Positions 26,746 to 32,000 of a DNA stretch of 32,000 nucleotides are shown here, piece by piece. The stretch covers positions 210,001 to 242,000 of the forward strand of contig JASBSB010000004.1 of the NCBI GenBank assembly GCA_030149205.1, read 5' to 3'. The DNA comes from Candidatus Heimdallarchaeota archaeon (GTDB lineage Archaea > Asgardarchaeota > Heimdallarchaeia > Heimdallarchaeales > Kariarchaeaceae). Both the position numbers and the translations under genes were made by a program. Below the pieces are notes generated by a model. That model had not been told where the DNA came from and made no database searches. It saw only the letters and a program-made list of their open reading frames with translations. Each line of letters starts with the position of its first letter. Within the stretch, counting starts at the first letter, position 1.

Positions 26746-27384
26746 TTAAAGTCCAAACACGCTGAGGGCCTGTGCGACCCCCTGATAACCCTCAAGATAC
26801 CACATCAACCAGGTGAACATCATAATAGAATGTGATAATAATATACCAAAATGACAGCTAACTTCTACAAGTCCAGACCCACCTTGGGAATATCTTACCC
26901 AGTGAATCCCTTCGTCAATTAAGGAATATACCATTGAAAGTCCAATCAGAACCAAAATAGGGATAAAGAAAAATTGAGGATAAAAATATCCTAGAATTAA
27001 TGCCACAGTTGAACCAATTCCTGCAGTTGTTGTGAATTTATGTATTGTAAATTCTGAAAGTGAAATCCATTCCTTGTAAATCACTGAATGGGCTATGTTA
27101 TCGAATGCAATTGAAATTGTAAACCCAAGAATTGATATTGGGATTAACCAGACATAAACTGGGAAACTTGTTCCAGTCCCTAGTCCAGTAAAAAGTATTG
27201 TACTGACAAACACATTCAACCCGATCATCATTCCAACCCAAGTAACATATTTTATCCAATCGACCCTTGTAAATTTAGAGGTGTAACGGATATAGTCCAA
27301 TAAACTAGGGTCAAGCTTCTGACCTTGTGTAGATTGTCTTTCTTTATTATCAGTGAAAAAAGGTGCTTCCCTGTTAATATTCAT
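26746..27384 (-). CDS. Hypothetical integral membrane protein with duplicated DxxxH...ExxxH motifs
   Basis: About 5-6 hydrophobic helices; DNIAH...EFTIH and DEGIH...EVSCH; ATGA overlap with the upstream hydrolase gene. Confidence 0.7.
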   Translation of the reverse strand: MNINREAPFFTDNKERQSTQGQKLDPSLLDYIRYTSKFTRVDWIKYVTWVGMMIGLNVFVSTILFTGLGTGTSFPVYVWLIPISILGFTISIAFDNIAHSVIYKEWISLSEFTIHKFTTTAGIGSTVALILGYFYPQFFFIPILVLIGLSMVYSLIDEGIHWVRYSQGGSGLVEVSCHFGILLSHSIMMFTWLMWYLEGYQGVAQALSVFGL

Positions 27385-28127
27385 GACTGGAGATTCAGAC
27401 TTCCTTTATAAGTTTCTGCTTCAAGTAAAATTTTGACTAATTGAGATATTTTTTCTTCGAGTTCTTGAGTGACATGAATATGAGATGGGTCAGATACCTG
27501 AAGTTCCACCATTCTAATCTGAGGTAAATTACTAACTGATTCTAAATCAAGTGGAGGAACCATTACATCATCCTGTAAATTTATGTAAGTTGTTGGAAGA
27601 ATGGGCGTTTGACCTCGATATAATTGAATAGAATTCTGAAAAGCATTATTAAACAAATTGTATGTATGTTTTAAACCTAGTCTCTTAATGATTTTGAAGC
27701 CTCCAAACCGTTGTCTGAATGTATTTGAGGCAAAGAACATGAGGAATGGATATGAGGCCAGAAAGATGCCTAGTGAAACCAGATAAAACAGATAGCCATT
27801 TTTAAATATTAAATTAAGAGATCGAGGAGGTAAGAGCTCTCTTCCTGCTCCTACAACAATTTGGGATGTGATTCGGTCTGGATACTTAGAACTATAGAGT
27901 TGGGCAAGAATTCCACCCCAACTGAATCCAAGTAAATGTATCTCCAAATCTTCCTCTTGATTGTAAATCAAACTAATGTAACTTTCAATTGTTTCAAGAT
28001 GTTCTTCTAATGTAATTTCAGTGGTGAATCGAATTATTGTCACTTCAACAAAGAGTCTTTTGTAAATATCATAATCATTACGAGAAGACCCAAAGCCAGG
28101 AATTATCACAAGCACAGGTTGAATCAA
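27381..28127 (-). CDS. Alpha/beta hydrolase
   Basis: Oxyanion loop IIPGFGS, nucleophile elbow LLGFSWGG, candidate Asp (QDD) and His (SHIH); start could be GTG 28115, which fits TATA spacing better. Confidence 0.85.
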   Translation of the reverse strand: MIQPVLVIIPGFGSSRNDYDIYKRLFVEVTIIRFTTEITLEEHLETIESYISLIYNQEEDLEIHLLGFSWGGILAQLYSSKYPDRITSQIVVGAGRELLPPRSLNLIFKNGYLFYLVSLGIFLASYPFLMFFASNTFRQRFGGFKIIKRLGLKHTYNLFNNAFQNSIQLYRGQTPILPTTYINLQDDVMVPPLDLESVSNLPQIRMVELQVSDPSHIHVTQELEEKISQLVKILLEAETYKGSLNLQS

Positions 28128-28411
28128 TGAGTCAAGATATATAATTTTGCTTCAACCTAATGAATCGGAAATTACATGGTTTGTTTTCTTAGCTTGAGAT
28201 TTTTGTCACAAATGATTGATCTGATATATCCCATTTGACTTTGAGAGCTTATCTCCTTCAAATTGAAAACCACCATAGCAACCAAAAAAAAACCTTTTTC
28301 TAGCATTGTAATTTTTCGTATAACTGAAGCTAAACGCAAGTTTAATTTCTTTCATTGTTCAACAAATCTAATTTAATCCATTTAATTTAACAATCAGGTG
28401 TTTTGATGGAT

Positions 28412-29737
28412 TTATCGATCCCGATTTGAATCCCAATTTGAATTTCTTTGATTTAATATGACATGGTCAAAACTGGGCTGAAGATCCATCTTGAATTTTG
28501 AATCTTTGTACACTATATCTCCGTCAATAATCACCTCTGAAATATCCCTTTGGTTTGCTGAGTAAACTAAATATGAATAAGGGTCATACATAGGAAATGC
28601 AGAAGGGGTTGATAGTCTAAATACTATAAAATCAGCTAAGTATCCTTTCTTTAGTTCACCGACGTTGGGTAAATTTAAGGCAAGAGCTCCACCTTTGGTT
28701 GCATGATAAAACACTTCCTTTGCGGTAATGGCTTTAGAATTTATGTGAGTAGCAGTCTGAAGGTAGGCAGTTAATCTCATCTCAAATAAAAAATCATGTG
28801 ATCCTGAAGCTGGGTTACCATCTGTCGCTATTCCGAAGTGAATTCCTTGCTCTATAAATTTTGGAATTGGTGCCACTCCAGACCCAAGTTTACTGTTAGA
28901 ACTTGCATTATGTGAGATATTGGTTTTTGTATCTTTCAAAATCTCTATATCTGTCTGATTAACCCACACACAGTGAGCAAGGACTGAGTGTTCACCTAAA
29001 CAACCTAAAGATTGAAGGGCCTCTATATTTGAGGAGCCAAATTCTGATTCAACTATTTTTATTTCATCTTTATTTTCTGATGCATGGGTATGGAACATTA
29101 ACCCTCTTTTCTTAGCCTCCTTAGAAGCGTTTCTCATCAATTCAGGTGTACATGTGGGAAGAAATCGCGGTGTGTAGCTAAACTGAAGCTTTCCATCCTT
29201 GGGGTATTTATCTGCCAACATATTAGCCTCTTTTAACGCATCTTCTGCGTCTTGTCTGAGAGAATCTGGGCAATTTCGATCCATCAGCATTTTACCAATT
29301 CTACCTCGAATCCCAAGAGCTTCAGCAGCTTTAAACACTTGATCAGTATGGTATACACTACCCATATCGTTGGTACAAGTCACTCCTGAGCTGATCATTT
29401 CTGCATAACCTACAATTGACGAATGAAACGCGTCTTTTGATGTTAAAGCACCTTCTCCTGGAAGTATCACCTGATTTAACCAATCTAAAAGCTCTAATTC
29501 ATCACCAGCACCTCTGAATATTGATTGAATTGCATGAGAGTGTGTATTTACAAAACCTGGTAGAATAAGGAGATTCTCGCCTCCCATAATAGAAGATACA
29601 TCGACCTCAGGGTTTCGATCAATAACATTCTGAAATTTTCCAATATCAAAAATTCGATTACCCTTGACTAAAATTAAACCATCTGTTAGAATGGGAAGGT
29701 CAACTGATTGTATAATCATTCCTCTGTAACCAAACAT
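28412..29737 (-). CDS. Metal-dependent amidohydrolase of the MTA/SAH/5'-deoxyadenosine deaminase group
   Basis: PGFVNTHSH (HxH), FRG..D.LELLDWL, HTHASE, LAHCVW, SNSKLGSG, ATDG; exact substrate cannot be read from sequence. Confidence 0.88.
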   Translation of the reverse strand: MFGYRGMIIQSVDLPILTDGLILVKGNRIFDIGKFQNVIDRNPEVDVSSIMGGENLLILPGFVNTHSHAIQSIFRGAGDELELLDWLNQVILPGEGALTSKDAFHSSIVGYAEMISSGVTCTNDMGSVYHTDQVFKAAEALGIRGRIGKMLMDRNCPDSLRQDAEDALKEANMLADKYPKDGKLQFSYTPRFLPTCTPELMRNASKEAKKRGLMFHTHASENKDEIKIVESEFGSSNIEALQSLGCLGEHSVLAHCVWVNQTDIEILKDTKTNISHNASSNSKLGSGVAPIPKFIEQGIHFGIATDGNPASGSHDFLFEMRLTAYLQTATHINSKAITAKEVFYHATKGGALALNLPNVGELKKGYLADFIVFRLSTPSAFPMYDPYSYLVYSANQRDISEVIIDGDIVYKDSKFKMDLQPSFDHVILNQRNSNWDSNRDR

Positions 29738-29906
29738 GTGTTTACCTTAATTCTAACAATTGAGTCTATTATAACTATTAAGATTCATTTTTCAATATAA
29801 ATCAAGTATAGAGTGAATCTTTACATAAAGAGATTTTACAAATTTGATTATTAGCTATTCAGAGTAAATTTTTATTTCTATTAATTGAACCTATTGGATT
29901 CAAATT

Positions 29907-30341
29907 TTATTCAACATCAGAATCCCCTAAGTATAATTGCCAACTGATACCATAAGGGTCTTTCACCATCCCAAACAGATCTGCAAAAAACTCTTTTTTC
30001 AGAGGCATAGCAATTTGCCAGCCTGCCTTCTCGGCATTACTATATGTTTCCTTGATGGATTTTTCATCATCAAAGTGAATAAGTATATCTACATTGTTAT
30101 TAGGCTCTTTCTCATCTGGTTTATTCAAATTATCTGCGAGGTACAAAACAGCATCTCCAATTTTCAATACTGCATGCATGGTCGAATTATCGAAGTCAAA
30201 GTTCTCAGGTAAACCCCATTGCTTTGCTACCTCCTCACTGACCTTTTCTCTTCCAGCTAAATTTGCATTAAGTACCTTCTTATACTCTTCAATTGCATCT
30301 ATAGCTCTAGGAACTCCTAAGTATGGTGTTATGCGAACCAT
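29907..30341 (-). CDS. VOC / glyoxalase family protein (PhnB-like), paralog A
   Basis: ITPYL...AIEEYKKVL, MHAVLKIGD, GMVKDPYGISW. Confidence 0.9.
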   Translation of the reverse strand: MVRITPYLGVPRAIDAIEEYKKVLNANLAGREKVSEEVAKQWGLPENFDFDNSTMHAVLKIGDAVLYLADNLNKPDEKEPNNNVDILIHFDDEKSIKETYSNAEKAGWQIAMPLKKEFFADLFGMVKDPYGISWQLYLGDSDVE

Positions 30342-30501
30342 GACAAAAAATATTCAAAAAGTATTAAAATTTTTAGTTCGCAGAGAGAATTGAAAGTGAA
30401 CAAATGTAGGACAAATATACTGTTGTCTTGTTATTTTTTAGATTTTTGATGGCAAAGTATTCGATATTCAATTTAGAAATCCTTTATTACTCTAATTAAA
30501 T

Positions 30502-30939
30502 ATGAAACCTATGACCAAGGTTATTCCTTATGTAATGGTGAAAAACGCATTAAACGCAATTAATACTTACACAGAGGTATTTGATGCTAAGGTTCTGATG
30601 CGTGAGAAATTTAATGAACATGTAGCTAAAGATATGAATCTCCCCAAAGATTTTGATTTTGAAAATTCCACAATGCACGCGAGGATTCAAGTCGGTGACA
30701 CACTAATTTATCTTTCTGATGACCCAGAAGCTGAAACCAAAACTAATCAAATTGAATTAAATATCGAGTTCTCTTCAGAAGAAGAAATTAAGAAGGTATT
30801 TGAAAAATGTAAATCAAAAGGTTGGTACATTGGAATGAACCTAGATAAGATGTTCTGGGGAGCATTATATGCCAAAGTGAAAGACCCCTTTGGTATTGGT
30901 TGGCAGTTTAATTTCGAGCTTCCAAAAGATGCAAAATAA
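30502..30939 (+). CDS. VOC / glyoxalase family protein (PhnB-like), paralog B
   Basis: VIPYV...AINTYTEVF, MHARIQVGD, FWGALYAKVKDPFGIGW. Confidence 0.9.
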   Translation: MKPMTKVIPYVMVKNALNAINTYTEVFDAKVLMREKFNEHVAKDMNLPKDFDFENSTMHARIQVGDTLIYLSDDPEAETKTNQIELNIEFSSEEEIKKVFEKCKSKGWYIGMNLDKMFWGALYAKVKDPFGIGWQFNFELPKDAK

Positions 30940-31000
30940 ATCCACGAATATACTTTGTTGTCAAAATAATCTAATAAATCAAATTATGCATTCCTAAATA

Positions 31001-31453
31001 GTGACAATTCAAGAAAAGAATAAATTATCATTGGCTAACTTAAGCATTTTGCACAAAATTTCAGAAGCATTGATAGGTGTTAAGGAACTTGAAATGGATA
31101 ATACAATTGATAATGAAATTCAAAAATTTTATGAAGCTCTACCCACCCTACTACAAGATAGTCTGGCCAATGCTATAAACTTGTGTGGAGGTAGAATTAT
31201 CCCCGTTTTGTATCTTAAATCATTTCATAAACTGATTAACTTGTCTGTAGAATCTCAGATAGACCTATTTTCAAAAATGAGTATGAGTAGGATTGGATTA
31301 TTCAGAACGTTAGTAGTTGCAACAAAATCAATATTAGGTTGGGCATTTTACGCACGAGAAGAAGTGTGGTCGGAACTTGAGATACCAGGTAAAACAATAG
31401 GTAGAGAAGAGGAGATAATCTTGTTAATCCATCCACCCAAGGAGGAGAATTAA
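31001..31453 (+). CDS. Small helical partner subunit of a GMC oxidoreductase (gluconate 2-dehydrogenase subunit 3 / long-chain alcohol oxidase N-domain-like)
   Basis: Pattern LINLSVESQIDLFSKMSMSRIGLFRTLVVATKSILGWAFY...WSELEIPG resembles the helical domain preceding GMC alcohol oxidases; directly abuts a GMC gene. Confidence 0.6.
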   Translation: MTIQEKNKLSLANLSILHKISEALIGVKELEMDNTIDNEIQKFYEALPTLLQDSLANAINLCGGRIIPVLYLKSFHKLINLSVESQIDLFSKMSMSRIGLFRTLVVATKSILGWAFYAREEVWSELEIPGKTIGREEEIILLIHPPKEEN

Positions 31454-32000
31454 TTGTCAACTGAGCAATCTGAACCAGATCTAACAAAACAGTTTGATGT
31501 TATTATCATAGGTTCTGGTGCTGGAGGAAGCATTTCTGCGGCTCATATCACAAAAATGGGTCTATCTGTTCTCATGATTGAAGAGGGGAAAGTTGTGAGA
31601 GATCATGATTTTAACCAAAATGAAAGCCAAATGGTCAGAGAGATGTATAGATATGGGGGTGCATTAGCTACTGATGATATGAGCATTAAAATACTTCAGG
31701 GAAAAGTTTGGGGTGGTTCAACAACCATCAACTGGATGAATTGTTTTCGAACACCTGAAAATGTTCTGATTGAGTGGGAAGACAAATTTGGATTGGAGCA
31801 ATATACAAATGGTACACTGAAGCCCATATTTGAAGGCATTGAAAAGCGTATGTCAGTTCATGAGGTGATAAGTCATAACCCACAGAACCAGCTCATAGAG
31901 AAAGGATGTGAGGCTCTGGGGATAGAGTCATCTAACTGTCATAATAATTCTAAAGAGTGTATTGAATGTGGAAAGTGTGGATTGGGATGTTCATACAATG
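31454..32000 (+). CDS. GMC family FAD oxidoreductase (long-chain alcohol oxidase-like), truncated by window end; absent from the ORF track
   Basis: My translation from TTG 31454: MSTEQSEPDLTKQFDVIIIGSGAGG...LMIEEG...GKVWGGSTTINW...CIECGKCGLGC, open to 32000; GGAGGAG SD at 31441-31447. Confidence 0.92.
   Translation, partial: MSTEQSEPDLTKQFDVIIIGSGAGGSISAAHITKMGLSVLMIEEGKVVRDHDFNQNESQMVREMYRYGGALATDDMSIKILQGKVWGGSTTINWMNCFRTPENVLIEWEDKFGLEQYTNGTLKPIFEGIEKRMSVHEVISHNPQNQLIEKGCEALGIESSNCHNNSKECIECGKCGLGCSYN

Noticed and set aside
28206-28355. 49-aa minus-strand ORF (MKEIKLAFSF...FFFGCYGGFQFEGDK...) spanning a 9-nt homopolymer
   Set aside because: No initiation signals or family resemblance; could be a remnant but cannot be supported without a search
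1-32000. CRISPR arrays, tRNA/rRNA genes, IS elements
   Set aside because: No regularly spaced direct repeats, no GC-rich cloverleaf or rRNA-like segments in intergenic DNA, no transposase motifs or terminal inverted repeats with target duplications seen

Overview
AT-rich window that reads as chromosomal DNA of an archaeon, probably Asgard (Heimdallarchaeia-like; this is inference). Archaeal evidence: type II MetAP, a TrmB-type regulator, TATA boxes 20-23 nt upstream of apparently leaderless start codons, and GGTGA/GGAGG Shine-Dalgarno sites inside operons. Left half (minus strand): a CARDB surface protein, a CPBP-like/HEAT membrane protein, an effector-less STAND ATPase with SNAP/TPR-like repeats, a 436-aa uninterrupted hendecad coiled-coil protein, a 1478-aa TrmB-like protein whose linker is expanded to about 1250 aa of hendecad coiled coil, map, and a membrane-anchored Site-1-protease-like subtilase converging on a rhomboid. 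The STAND + two hendecad-rod cluster is the best candidate for an undescribed system. Middle: a complete bacterial-type PEP-dependent dihydroxyacetone kinase operon (glpF-dhaK-dhaL-dhaM-ptsH-ptsI). Right half: metabolic genes (Dus, aldo-keto reductase, a putative di-metal membrane protein, alpha/beta hydrolase, amidohydrolase, head-to-head VOC paralogs, split GMC oxidoreductase running off the window end). I saw no rRNA, tRNA, CRISPR array or mobile element. All family assignments are by eye from motifs; no database searches were run.
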